A DNA stretch of 64,000 nt from Acidimicrobiales bacterium. GTDB lineage: Bacteria > Actinomycetota > Acidimicrobiia > Acidimicrobiales > AC-9. How positions within the stretch are numbered: position 1 is the stretch's first letter; each line of letters starts with the position of its first letter. Position numbers and translations under genes: made by a program. The stretch is taken from positions 1,363 to 65,362 of the forward strand of contig DASXCO010000206.1 of the NCBI GenBank assembly GCA_036491125.1, written 5' to 3'. The notes under the pieces were generated by a model that was not told where the DNA came from, made no database searches, and saw only the letters and a program-made list of their open reading frames with translations. This document shows, one piece after another, positions 30,486 to 39,097 of this stretch.

Positions 30486-31732
30486 GGCCGGTCGATCTGC
30501 TCGAGCTCGGCCAGCGCCTCGGCGAAGGCGTCCATCGACGGGGCGATGGTGGCGCTGGGGCCCGCGTGGGGCGTCACCGCGTCGACCGTCTTCAACCCGT
30601 GACCAGTGACGTAGGCGACCACCCGCTCGTCGGAGCGGACGACGCCCGCCGCCGCCAGCTTGGCCAGCGTCGCGACCGTCACGCCCCCCGCCGTCTCGGC
30701 GAAGATGCCCTCGGTGCGGGCCAGCAACCCAATGCCCTCGACGATCTCCTCGTCGGTGACGGCGTCCAGGGCGCCGCCCGTCGAGCGCACGGTGTCCAGG
30801 GCGTACCAACCGTCCGCCGGGTCGCCGATGGCCAGCGACTTGGCGATCGTCGAGGGCCGGACCGGGCGGATGTGGTCGACGCCGTCGGCGAAGGCGGTGG
30901 CCACCGGCGCGCACCCGGTGGCCTGAGCCCCGGAGATGCGCACCTCGGGAGCCTCGGGCAGCAGGCCCACCTGGCCCAGCTCCTGAAAACCCTTGTGGAT
31001 CTTGGTCAACTGGCTGCCGGATCCGACGGGTACGACCACGTGGTCGGGGGCCTCCCATCCCAGCTGCTCGGCCACCTCGAAGGCGAGGGTCTTCGACCCC
31101 TCGGCGTAGTAGGTGCGCACGTTCACGTTGACGAACGCCCACGACGGGTGCTCCGCCGTCAGCTCCGCGCACAGCCGGTTCACGTCGTCGTAGTTGCCCT
31201 CGACGGCGATGAGGCGGCCGCCGTAGACGGCGGTGGTCACGATCTTTGCCAGCTCGAGGTCGTGCGGGATGAACACGAAAGACTCCATGCCCGCCCGGGC
31301 GGCGTGGGCGGCCACGGCGTTCGCCAGGTTGCCGGTCGAGGCGCACGCCGCCACCTTGAACCCCAGCTGGCGGGCCTTGGTGAGGGCCACCGACACGACC
31401 CTGTCCTTGAACGACCCCGTCGGGTTCACGGTGTCGTTCTTGACCCACAGCTCCCCGAGCCCGAGCTCGGAGGCCAGGCGGTCGGCCCGGACCAGCGGCG
31501 TGAAGCCGGCCCCGAGGTCGACAGGGGCCTCGGCCTCGACCGGCAGCAGGTCGGCGTAGCGCCAGATGGTGTCGGGCCCGGCGGCGATGGTGCCGGCGCT
31601 CACGTGGTCGGCGATGGCCTCGTAGTCGTAGGTGACCTCGAGGGGCCCGAAACAGTAGTCACAGACGTGCAGGGCCTCGGCCGGGTACACGCGCGCGCAT
31701 TCCCGGCAGCGAAGGCCTTCTATGAACGCCAC
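30482..31732 (-). CDS. threonine synthase-family PLP enzyme with N-terminal zinc ribbon (candidate homocysteine synthase)
   Basis: 416 aa with N-terminal CRECARVY...CDYCFGPL. PLP-lysine motif NPTGSFKDR is present and the fold is ThrC-like. GTG start preceded by GAGGAGG. An S-box-like RNA lies immediately upstream. Confidence 0.9.
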   Translation of the reverse strand: MAFIEGLRCRECARVYPAEALHVCDYCFGPLEVTYDYEAIADHVSAGTIAAGPDTIWRYADLLPVEAEAPVDLGAGFTPLVRADRLASELGLGELWVKNDTVNPTGSFKDRVVSVALTKARQLGFKVAACASTGNLANAVAAHAARAGMESFVFIPHDLELAKIVTTAVYGGRLIAVEGNYDDVNRLCAELTAEHPSWAFVNVNVRTYYAEGSKTLAFEVAEQLGWEAPDHVVVPVGSGSQLTKIHKGFQELGQVGLLPEAPEVRISGAQATGCAPVATAFADGVDHIRPVRPSTIAKSLAIGDPADGWYALDTVRSTGGALDAVTDEEIVEGIGLLARTEGIFAETAGGVTVATLAKLAAAGVVRSDERVVAYVTGHGLKTVDAVTPHAGPSATIAPSMDAFAEALAELEQIDRP

Positions 31733-31741
31733 AGCTCCTCC

Positions 31742-31842
31742 TCATCGCTCGGGCATTGGCACCTGGCGCCCCCGCTTCTCAGCGGGTCTGGCGCTGGTTG
31801 TCGCGGCGTCGTTGGGCCCGGTCCCTCGACCGCTCTGGATGA
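31742..31842 (-). promoter_or_regulatory. S-box (SAM-I / SAM-IV clan) riboswitch aptamer
   Basis: The minus strand reads UUCAUCCAGAGCGGUCGAGGGACCGGGCCCAACGACGCCGCGACAACCAGCGCC...CCCGCUGAGAAGCGGG...GGCGCCAGGUGCCAAUGCCCGAGCGAUGAGGAGG. It has P1 UCAUC/GAUGA and the conserved CAGAG, GAGGGA, GGCCC, CAACC and GGUGCCAAU blocks in the right order. P4 is minimal. The call is by eye; no covariance model was run. Confidence 0.8.
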
Positions 31843-32844
31843 ATGGCTGCATCAAGTGTGATCGACCGGGGCCGGCCCGTCAAAGCGGATACCTGGGGAG
31901 ATGGAGCGGAAGCACTGGTTGTGGTGGATGATGGCGCCATGGTCCCCGGCCGGTCACGGGCCTTTCACCACCGCGATTTTCCCCTCGAATCCCTCGCCGC
32001 GGCCAAGCGGGGCCGGCGGGTGTCGGTCTGCCTCCCGGCGCGTGACGAGTCAGCGACCATCGGCCCGATCCTGCGGGCGCTGCTGGGCGGTCGGGTCGCG
32101 GTGTCCGGTCTCGTCGACGAGGTCCTCGTCGTCGACGACGGCTCGACCGACGATACCGCCGAGGTCGCCCGATCGGAGGGGGCCCGGGTGGTGCGGGCGG
32201 CCGACGTGCTCGGCCAGCACGGCGGGGAGCCGGGCAAGGGCCAGGCGCTGTGGAGCGCGGTGTTCGCCAGCGAGGGGGACGTCGTCGCCTTTCTCGACGC
32301 CGATGTGACCAACTTTCAGCCCTCGTTCGTCGCCGGGCTGCTGGGTCCCGTGCTCACGAACGACGACGTGGCCCTGGTCAAGGCGTTCTACGACCGCCCG
32401 CTCGACGGGCAGGCGACAGGTGGAGGGCGGGTGACCGAGCTGGTTGCCAGGCCTCTCATCGCCGTGCTGCTCCCGCACCTGTCCGGCATCGTCCAGCCGC
32501 TCGCTGGTGAGTGCGCGGCACCGCGGGAGGTGCTCGAGCGGCTGCCGTTCGCGTACGGGTATGGGGTGGAGCTGGGGCTGCTGGCCGACGTCGCCGCCCG
32601 TTTCGGCCTGGACTCGATCGCCGAGGTCGACCTGGGCGTGCGGGCTCATCGGAACCGACCGGTGTCCGAGCTGGCACCCCAGGCCGTCGCGATCGTCCAG
32701 GTCGCCCTCGATCGCGCCGGGGTGCCAGCTCGGGCGCAGACGTCGGCGACGCTCGTCGTTCCTGGCGCCGCGCCGATGACGGTGTCGTCCGGGGATCTCC
32801 CGCCCCTGCTCGAGGTCCCTGCCTACACCCGCCGCAGCGCCTGA
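31843..32844 (+). CDS. gpgS: glucosyl-3-phosphoglycerate synthase (GT81)
   Basis: Motifs: RVSVCLPARDESATIGPILRAL, VLVVDDGSTDDT, GKGQALW, FLDADV (DxD). The true start is probably downstream (GTG 31921/31924 or ATG 31939). The 31843 start would abut the riboswitch on the other strand and leave no promoter space. Confidence 0.85.
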   Translation: MAASSVIDRGRPVKADTWGDGAEALVVVDDGAMVPGRSRAFHHRDFPLESLAAAKRGRRVSVCLPARDESATIGPILRALLGGRVAVSGLVDEVLVVDDGSTDDTAEVARSEGARVVRAADVLGQHGGEPGKGQALWSAVFASEGDVVAFLDADVTNFQPSFVAGLLGPVLTNDDVALVKAFYDRPLDGQATGGGRVTELVARPLIAVLLPHLSGIVQPLAGECAAPREVLERLPFAYGYGVELGLLADVAARFGLDSIAEVDLGVRAHRNRPVSELAPQAVAIVQVALDRAGVPARAQTSATLVVPGAAPMTVSSGDLPPLLEVPAYTRRSA

Positions 32845-33905
32845 AGCGCCTGCAGGTAGCCAGTCACCTCTTCCTCGATGCACTCGAGTGGGTGACCGGT
32901 CGCCCGCTCCCGCCCGTGGCGCTCGACGAGCGAGATGACGGCGAGGTCGTGCTGGCTGTCGTGGGCCTGGTGGCTGTCGTCGCTGTCATGGCTGTCGTCG
33001 CTGTCATGGCTGTCGCCGCCGAGCTCCTTCAGGTCGTCGACCACCTCGCCCACCACGGCGAGGACGGGGACGTTCGCCCGGGCCGACAGCTCGGCCACCT
33101 CGCCGACCACCTTCCCCCGGAACGACTGCTCGTCGAGGAATCCCTCACCCGTGACGACGAGCTCCGCCCGATCGATCTCCTCCGCCAGGCCCACGGCCTC
33201 GGCCACCAGGTCGAAACCCGGAACGAGGCTGGCGCCGAGGGCAGCGAGGCCGCCGGCGAGCCCGCCGGCGGCCCCGCTGCCGGGCAAGTGCCGGACGTCG
33301 ACGCCGTAGTCATCGTCGTACAGCTGGGCGAGGCGCTCGAGCCGGCGCCGCAGCAACGCCACCTGAGCCGGGCTGGCCCCCTTCTGTGGGGCGAAGTGCT
33401 CGGCGGCATCGACGAACGTCGTTGTCACGTCGCACGCCACGATGAGCTCGACCTGGGCCAGTCGAGGGTGCGGCTCCAAGGCCCGCAGGGCCCCGAGCCC
33501 GCCGTCGGTCGTCGCCGATCCCCCCACGCCGACGATCACCCGGCGGGCGCCGGCCGCCACGGCGGCGGCGATCAGCTGACCGGTCCCGGTCGTGGACGCG
33601 GCCACCGGGTCGTTGCCGCGGGGCCCGCCGGCGAGCTCCAGGCCCGAGGCGCGGGCCATCTCGACCACCGCCGTCCTGTCGTCGAGCCGCCACTCGGCCG
33701 TCACTGGTTCACCGAGTGGGCCCTGCACCGACGTCCGCCGGACCCTCCCGCCCAGGACGTCGAGGATCCCCTCGCCCCCGTCGGCCATCGGCACCTCGGT
33801 GCAGCTCCAGCCCAGCGACGCGCCGGCCCGGGCAACAGCGGCCGCCACTTCGCTGGCGGCGGCTGTTCCCCTGAACTTGTCGGGCGCGGCCACGAGGTGG
33901 GGCAC
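32823..33905 (-). CDS. glycerate kinase
   Basis: From GTG 33905: VPHLVAAPDKFRGTAAASEVAAAV..., PMADGGEGILDVLGG, VVTGEGFLDEQSFRGK. A His/Asp-rich insertion lies near the C-terminus. The 3' end overlaps the gpgS 3' end by 22 nt (convergent). Confidence 0.88.
   Translation of the reverse strand: MPHLVAAPDKFRGTAAASEVAAAVARAGASLGWSCTEVPMADGGEGILDVLGGRVRRTSVQGPLGEPVTAEWRLDDRTAVVEMARASGLELAGGPRGNDPVAASTTGTGQLIAAAVAAGARRVIVGVGGSATTDGGLGALRALEPHPRLAQVELIVACDVTTTFVDAAEHFAPQKGASPAQVALLRRRLERLAQLYDDDYGVDVRHLPGSGAAGGLAGGLAALGASLVPGFDLVAEAVGLAEEIDRAELVVTGEGFLDEQSFRGKVVGEVAELSARANVPVLAVVGEVVDDLKELGGDSHDSDDSHDSDDSHQAHDSQHDLAVISLVERHGRERATGHPLECIEEEVTGYLQALQALRRV
32972..33012. repeat. 18-bp in-frame tandem repeat inside glycerate kinase
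   Basis: GGCTGTCGTCGCTGTCAT occurs twice, followed by a partial third copy. On the minus strand it encodes DSHDSDDSHDSDDSH. Confidence 0.85.
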
Positions 33906-34008
33906 CCGGCCATCGTGCCCGACGAGTCGACCAGTGGGCGACCAACCCCGGCCCCGCCCGTCGTGAGATCCGCCGGCGGTCGTCGACGGCGGCGGTAGGG
34001 TCCGGGGC

Positions 34009-35385
34009 ATGGGCGGACCGGAGCTTGTCATCGTCTCCAACCGGGGTCCGCTGTCGTTCTCCCTGGACGATGACCACCAGCTCGTGGCCCGACGCGGCGC
34101 CGGCGGGCTGGTGTCCAGCCTGAGCCCGATGATCGCGGGGACCGACACCATCTGGATCGCCGCCGCGATGAACGAGCACGACCGGACGGCGGCCGAACGC
34201 GGCCTGATGGAGGTGGAGGGCTTTCGCCTCCGGTCGCTGGCCCTGGATCCCGGCTCCTACCGCATGGCGTACGACGTGGTGTCGAACGCCACCCTGTGGT
34301 TCCTTCATCACGGGCTCTTCGATCTCGCCCGCCGGCCCCGTCTCGACCGGCGGTGGCGCCAGGCGTGGGGCGCCTACCGGGAGGTGAACCAGGCCTTCGC
34401 CGAAGCGGTCGTCGAGACCGCCCCCGAGGGGGCCACCGTGCTGGTCCAGGACTACCACCTGGCGTTGGTCGGAGCAGGGCTGGCCCAGCGTCGCCCCGAC
34501 CTGCGGGCCGTCCACTTCACCCACACCCCGTTCTGCGATCCCAGCAGCATTCGGATCCTGCCGTCGGACGTGGCCGAGGAGCTGCTCGCCGGGATGGGAG
34601 CCCACGTGTCGTGTGGGTTCCACTCTCCCCGTTGGGCGCAGGCCTTCGAAGCATGCAGCGCGGAGGTGCTGGGGCGGGTTCCGCCGACGTTCGTTGCGCC
34701 ACTGGGACCCGACGCCGAGGACCTCGAGAGGGTCGTCAACTCGGACGAGAGCGCGAGATGGGACCGCTGGCTGTCGTCCCTGCTGGGTGATCGCCAGCTG
34801 GTCCTGCGCGTGGACCGGGTCGAGCTGTCGAAGAACCTCCTCAGGGGATTCCTCGCCTTCGATGAGCTGCTCGAGGTCCATCCCGCCCTGCGGGAGCGCG
34901 TGATCTTCGTGGCCCTGGTGTACGCGTCCCGCCAGGGGCTGCCCGAGTATCTCGCCTACCGGACCGAGGTGGAGCACCTGGCGGCGCAGCTCAACCACAA
35001 GTGGGCGACGCCAAGTTGGACGCCGGTGGTGCTCGACATCTCCGACAACTTCCCGCGTTCTGTGGCGGCTCTGCGTCGCTACGACGTGCTTCTGGTCAAC
35101 CCGCTGCGTGATGGGCTCAACCTCGTGGCGAAGGAAGGCCCCGTCATCAACACCAACCACGGCCTGCTGGCCCTCTCCCGTGAAGCCGGGGCGTGGGCCG
35201 AGCTGCGCGAGGCGGCGCTGGAAGTGAACCCGTTCGACATCGCCGGCACGGCCGAGGTGCTGGCGAGGGCACTGACCATGGGGCAGACCGAGCGTGCCGA
35301 GCGATCGGCCGCCATCCGAGTGGTCGCGGCCCGACGGACCCCGCGGGACTGGCTCGACGACCAGCTGGTGGCGGCCGAGGCCTGA
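34009..35385 (+). CDS. otsA: trehalose-6-phosphate synthase (GT20)
   Basis: 458 aa. Motifs: LVIVSNRGPLSF, GGLVSSL, VLVQDYHLALV, LVNPLRDGLNLVAKE. Confidence 0.88.
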   Translation: MGGPELVIVSNRGPLSFSLDDDHQLVARRGAGGLVSSLSPMIAGTDTIWIAAAMNEHDRTAAERGLMEVEGFRLRSLALDPGSYRMAYDVVSNATLWFLHHGLFDLARRPRLDRRWRQAWGAYREVNQAFAEAVVETAPEGATVLVQDYHLALVGAGLAQRRPDLRAVHFTHTPFCDPSSIRILPSDVAEELLAGMGAHVSCGFHSPRWAQAFEACSAEVLGRVPPTFVAPLGPDAEDLERVVNSDESARWDRWLSSLLGDRQLVLRVDRVELSKNLLRGFLAFDELLEVHPALRERVIFVALVYASRQGLPEYLAYRTEVEHLAAQLNHKWATPSWTPVVLDISDNFPRSVAALRRYDVLLVNPLRDGLNLVAKEGPVINTNHGLLALSREAGAWAELREAALEVNPFDIAGTAEVLARALTMGQTERAERSAAIRVVAARRTPRDWLDDQLVAAEA

Positions 35386-35404
35386 CAGGCGCGCCGTGCG
35401 GCGC

Positions 35405-36208
35405 CTACCCCGCCGCCAACCACTCCAGCAGGGCCGCCACACCCTCGGGGCCGTCGACGACCAGGTCGGCGGCCGTCGCCAGCTCTGTCGGGACCTCGGC
35501 GCTGGCGACGGCCACCTTGCAGGTGACGATGCCCTGGGTCGCGAGGTGATCGAGGGCACCGAACGCGGCCAGGTCCCCCCGGTCATCGCCGACGAAGCAG
35601 GCGGCACCGAGGTCCCGACAGAGCTCGGACACCACCGTCCCCTTGTCCGCCGGCAGCGGCGGCCGGAGCTCGATGTTCATCTTGCCGGGATGGAGCTCGA
35701 GGCTGCTCTCGCGGGCCGCCTTCTCGGCGAACGACCGGGCCCACCCGGCCTGGGCAGTCGCCGTACGCCAATGGAAGGCCACGGTGAGGCCCTTGTGCTC
35801 GACGAGCATCCCGGGTGGAGCGGCCGCCCGGGCCGCCCGCTCAACCCGGTCGACGACGTCTCGCCACGCCTCTGCTTCTGGGCGGGTGTGTACCACACCC
35901 CCGCCGCCGGCCCACTCCAGCCCGTAGAGGCCCGACGCGATGACGCTCGGGCCATGGCCGGTGGCGCCCCGCCCGAGGCCCAGCTGCTCGACGAGGAACC
36001 CGGCCGGGCGACCCGAGACCACGGCCACGCGGCGGTACCGTGCGGCGAGCCGGGGAAGGAGGTCGACGACCGCGGGAAGAGGTCTGGCCTCGGCCGGATC
36101 GTCGACGATCGGCGCCAGCGTGCCGTCGAAATCGACCAGCACGCCGCTCCGGTCACGACGGCCGCGCAGCTCCGCGAGGGGCGTCGCAGCGAAGTCGGGC
36201 GCCGACAC
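35405..36208 (-). CDS. otsB: trehalose-phosphatase (HAD)
   Basis: 267 aa. Motifs: VLVDFDGTLAPIVDDP, GKMNIELRP, FVGDDRGDLAAF. Confidence 0.88.
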   Translation of the reverse strand: MSAPDFAATPLAELRGRRDRSGVLVDFDGTLAPIVDDPAEARPLPAVVDLLPRLAARYRRVAVVSGRPAGFLVEQLGLGRGATGHGPSVIASGLYGLEWAGGGGVVHTRPEAEAWRDVVDRVERAARAAAPPGMLVEHKGLTVAFHWRTATAQAGWARSFAEKAARESSLELHPGKMNIELRPPLPADKGTVVSELCRDLGAACFVGDDRGDLAAFGALDHLATQGIVTCKVAVASAEVPTELATAADLVVDGPEGVAALLEWLAAG

Positions 36209-36238
36209 CTGGAGTCGTGGGGCCAGACCGGTCGGCGC

Positions 36239-36850
36239 TCAGCGGACCGTCGAGCTGGTGTGGGAAGTGGTCGAGGTGTGCGAGGTCGTGGACGTGGTCG
36301 GCGCGGCGGGCGCCAACGAGCCCTGTCCGGCCAGATCGGGGCCGATGACGACCACCACGTTCGCGGCCAGGAGGTTGGCGACGGGCGACGGCGTGGGAAC
36401 AGGCATGACGGTGGTCGGCGCCAGGCCGAGAGCCGTGGCCACGGCTCCCGCCTCGCTGGAGAAGCCAGGGAGGAACAGGACGGCCGAAGAGGCCGCAGTG
36501 CTGGTGGTGTTGGTCGGCGCCAGCACGTCGTAGCCCGCCTTGCGCAGGGTGTCTGACGCCTTGGCGCCGGCCCCGCTCGTCTTGGTCCCGTTGGCCACCA
36601 AGGTCTTGACCTGGGCCGGTGGGCGTGGAGGTGCGGTCGTCGTGGAAGCCGGAGGCGCCGTGGTGCTGGTCGCAGCGCCAGGCGTGGCCGCCACCGAGGC
36701 GACGGACCCTGCCGGACTTCGGCCGACCGAATGGAACAGGACGACGCCGAGGACGACGCCGACGACGACCAGGGCGACCCCCCGGATGACCCGGACCGGC
36801 GGAACATCGTGGTGCGACTCTCCCCCACCCGGGTCGCCGCCGCTGCTCAT
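36239..36850 (-). CDS. LytR C-terminal domain-containing membrane protein
   Basis: 203 aa with an N-terminal TM and a Pro/Thr/Ala linker. LytR_C-like core: VKTLVANGTKTSGAGAKASDTLRKAGYDV...VVVVIGPDL. Ser/Thr/His-rich tail. The start overlaps the upstream stop (ATGA). Confidence 0.8.
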   Translation of the reverse strand: MSSGGDPGGGESHHDVPPVRVIRGVALVVVGVVLGVVLFHSVGRSPAGSVASVAATPGAATSTTAPPASTTTAPPRPPAQVKTLVANGTKTSGAGAKASDTLRKAGYDVLAPTNTTSTAASSAVLFLPGFSSEAGAVATALGLAPTTVMPVPTPSPVANLLAANVVVVIGPDLAGQGSLAPAAPTTSTTSHTSTTSHTSSTVR

Positions 36851-37107
36851 GGCGAAGGCGGCTCGCCCGCCGAGGACCCCTCGTAGCGGGCCCGCCGGCG
36901 CCGGTCACGTCGTCGTCGGAGGCGGAGGACGACGAGCGGGTCGTAGGCCGCTGCCTCGCTGGACGCGAGCAGCTGGCCGAGGAGCTGGTAGTAGCGGCCC
37001 GAGGACATCCGGAACCGCCGCTCGATCGCCGTGCGCTTGGTCCCCGGCTCGGTCCACCAGCTCCGCTCGAAGTCGAGGATCGCCCGGTCCCGATCGGAGA
37101 GCGCCAT
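36847..37107 (-). CDS. DUF3263 domain-containing protein
   Basis: MALSDRDRAILDFERSWWTEPGTKRTAIERRFRMSSGRYYQLL matches my memory of DUF3263. The C-terminus is basic. Start taken at the internal Met (37107). Confidence 0.8.
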   Translation of the reverse strand: MALSDRDRAILDFERSWWTEPGTKRTAIERRFRMSSGRYYQLLGQLLASSEAAAYDPLVVLRLRRRRDRRRRARYEGSSAGEPPSP

Positions 37108-37196
37108 CTGTTTCAGCCTGCCAATCCTCCGGGCGAGAATCAAGCACCTCGCCCCGGGTCCTGGCAGAGGGCCGCCGGTACGCTGGCCTCCCCGAC

Positions 37197-37269
37197 GCCG
37201 GTGTGGCGCAGTTGGTAGCGCAGGCGACTTGTAATCGCCAGGTCGTGGGTTCGAATCCCACCGCCGGCT
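37197..37269 (+). tRNA. tRNA-Thr (anticodon UGU)
   Basis: A 73-nt cloverleaf folded by hand. Acceptor GCCGGUG/CGCCGGC, D-arm GCGC-AGUUGGUA-GCGC, anticodon arm GGCGA-CUUGUAA-UCGCC. T-arm GUGGG-UUCGAAU-CCCAC, discriminator U, no encoded CCA. Confidence 0.93.
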
Positions 37270-37314
37270 CTAAGAACGACCAGGTAGATGGGATCAGGAA
37301 GGGAGCGACTTCTG

Positions 37315-38364
37315 ATGCCGACACGCACTGAGCCCCTACTTGCCGCATATGCCAGCCGCCCTGTCCTCGTCACTGGCGGCGCATCGTTCATCGGCAGCCA
37401 TCTGGTCGAGGAGCTCGTTCGGCACGGCGCCCGGGTGAGGGTGGCGGACGACCTGAGTAGTGGGCGCCGGGAGTCCTTGCAGGATGTGAGTGCGGACTGC
37501 GAGCTCATGGAGGGCGACCTGCGCGAGCCCGACTTCGCAGCGCGCGCCGCCGCTGGCCGGGATGTGATCTTCCACTTGGCTGCCTCTCACGGGGGTAGGG
37601 GCTACATCGATACCCATCCCGTCGAGTGCTGCAACAACATGCTGCTCGACCACGTCGTTCTGTCCAGTGCAGCCGCTGCCGGCGCGTCACGAGTCGTATT
37701 CGCCAGCTCTGCTTGCGTGTACCCAGTCGGCCTGCAGACCGACCCATCTGCCCGGGAACTGCTGAGAGAAGACCAGTGCAACTTCGACGAGCCGGGGCGG
37801 ACCTTCCCTGACGGCGAGTACGGATGGGCCAAGCTCATGGGCGAGCTGCAGCTCCGGGCGTTCCACAAGCAGTTCGGAATCGACGCCATATCCTGTCGCC
37901 TCTTTACGGCCTATGGCGAGCGCGAGAACGAGAGCCATGCCGTCGTTGCCCTCGTTGCCAAGGCCATCATCGGGATGGACCCGTTCCCCGTCTGGGGCGA
38001 CGGTACTCAGACCCGCAATTTCACCTATGTCGGTGACACCGTGCACGGGATGGCGTTGGCTGGAGTGGCTCTGGAAGGATTCGACACGATCAACGTTGGT
38101 AGCCCGCTCCACATCACCATCAACGAGCTCGTAGAGGAGATCTTCGAGGCGACGGGCTTCCGGCCAGCGGAGATCGAGCGGCAGGTCGACAAGCCCGTTG
38201 GTGTTCGGGCCCGAGCGGCCGACTGCACAAAGGTGGGAGAGGGACTCGGCTGGTACCCACGTACCACTCTCGAGGAAGGGGTGCACCGGACCGTCGACTG
38301 GTACCGAGGTAGTGCTACCCCCGAGCGTCTGGCGCGCCTCGACGAGCTGCTCATGACCCGATGA
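37315..38364 (+). CDS. NAD-dependent nucleotide-sugar epimerase/dehydratase (extended SDR, UDP-glucuronate decarboxylase-like)
   Basis: VLVTGGASFIGSHLVEEL Rossmann motif and catalytic YGWAK (YxxxK). Start taken at ATG 37315, after GGAAGGGAG. GC is about 60% by hand count. Confidence 0.88.
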   Translation: MPTRTEPLLAAYASRPVLVTGGASFIGSHLVEELVRHGARVRVADDLSSGRRESLQDVSADCELMEGDLREPDFAARAAAGRDVIFHLAASHGGRGYIDTHPVECCNNMLLDHVVLSSAAAAGASRVVFASSACVYPVGLQTDPSARELLREDQCNFDEPGRTFPDGEYGWAKLMGELQLRAFHKQFGIDAISCRLFTAYGERENESHAVVALVAKAIIGMDPFPVWGDGTQTRNFTYVGDTVHGMALAGVALEGFDTINVGSPLHITINELVEEIFEATGFRPAEIERQVDKPVGVRARAADCTKVGEGLGWYPRTTLEEGVHRTVDWYRGSATPERLARLDELLMTR

Positions 38365-39092
38365 CGCGTGAAGTACTCAGTCGAGTGGAGATGGTCTTGC
38401 CGGCTCACAACGAGGCAGAGAGTATCGGCGAGACCATTCGCGAGTTTCACCAGGTGGCCGCGGCTGACGGGTTGCAGGTGTCTTTCCTCGTCTGTGAAGA
38501 CGGGTCCACCGATGGAACACCTGATGTCATCCGGGCGCTGGCGGAAGAGCTCCCCGTCGTGCTCGACTCGACCCCAGACCGGAGGGGATACTCGCGGGCG
38601 GTGGTCGACGGGATGCGGTCCACCACGGGGGACGTCGTTGGCTTCATCGACGGCGATGGTCAGTGCGATCCGCATGATCTCGCGCGGTTGGCTTCAGCGC
38701 TCAACGATGCGGACATGGCCGTCGGGTATCGGGACCCGCGAGCAGATTCCACCGCCCGGCGGTGGATGTCGGGCGCCTTCGGCCTCGTGTTTCGGTCGGT
38801 GTTTCCCGTCAAGTGCCGTGATCCGTCCTGCCCGTACGTACTGATTCGGCGCGCCGCTCTCGAGAGAGTCCTCAAGGGACGTCCCGGCATACTGCCCCAG
38901 GGTTTCTGGTGGGAGTTCAACGCCCGCGCCATGGCAGCCGGGCTCTCGATTGGGGAGGTGCCCGTGCACCATAGAGTGCGGGCGTCGGGCCAGACCCAGG
39001 TGTACCGTCCCTCCAAGCTCCCAAGGATCGTGGGCGAGCACCTGGTCGGCCTCTGGCATCTGCGCCGTGACATCGCAGCCAGCCATTCCTGA
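38361..39092 (+). CDS. GT2 glycosyltransferase (polyprenyl-phosphate sugar synthase-like, DPM1/ArnC type)
   Basis: 243 aa. Motifs: VLPAHNEAESIGETI, LVCEDGSTDGT, FIDGDGQCDP (DxD). The start overlaps the upstream stop. Confidence 0.88.
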   Translation: MTREVLSRVEMVLPAHNEAESIGETIREFHQVAAADGLQVSFLVCEDGSTDGTPDVIRALAEELPVVLDSTPDRRGYSRAVVDGMRSTTGDVVGFIDGDGQCDPHDLARLASALNDADMAVGYRDPRADSTARRWMSGAFGLVFRSVFPVKCRDPSCPYVLIRRAALERVLKGRPGILPQGFWWEFNARAMAAGLSIGEVPVHHRVRASGQTQVYRPSKLPRIVGEHLVGLWHLRRDIAASHS

Positions 39093-39097
39093 TCGTT

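Noticed and set aside
30210-31448. 412-aa ORF-track entry on the minus strand
   Set aside because: It runs out of frame through the ThrC-like gene and is Arg/Gly/Pro-rich. Only its last 91 codons (30210..30485), beginning at an ATG coupled to the upstream stop, look like a real MoaD-like protein.
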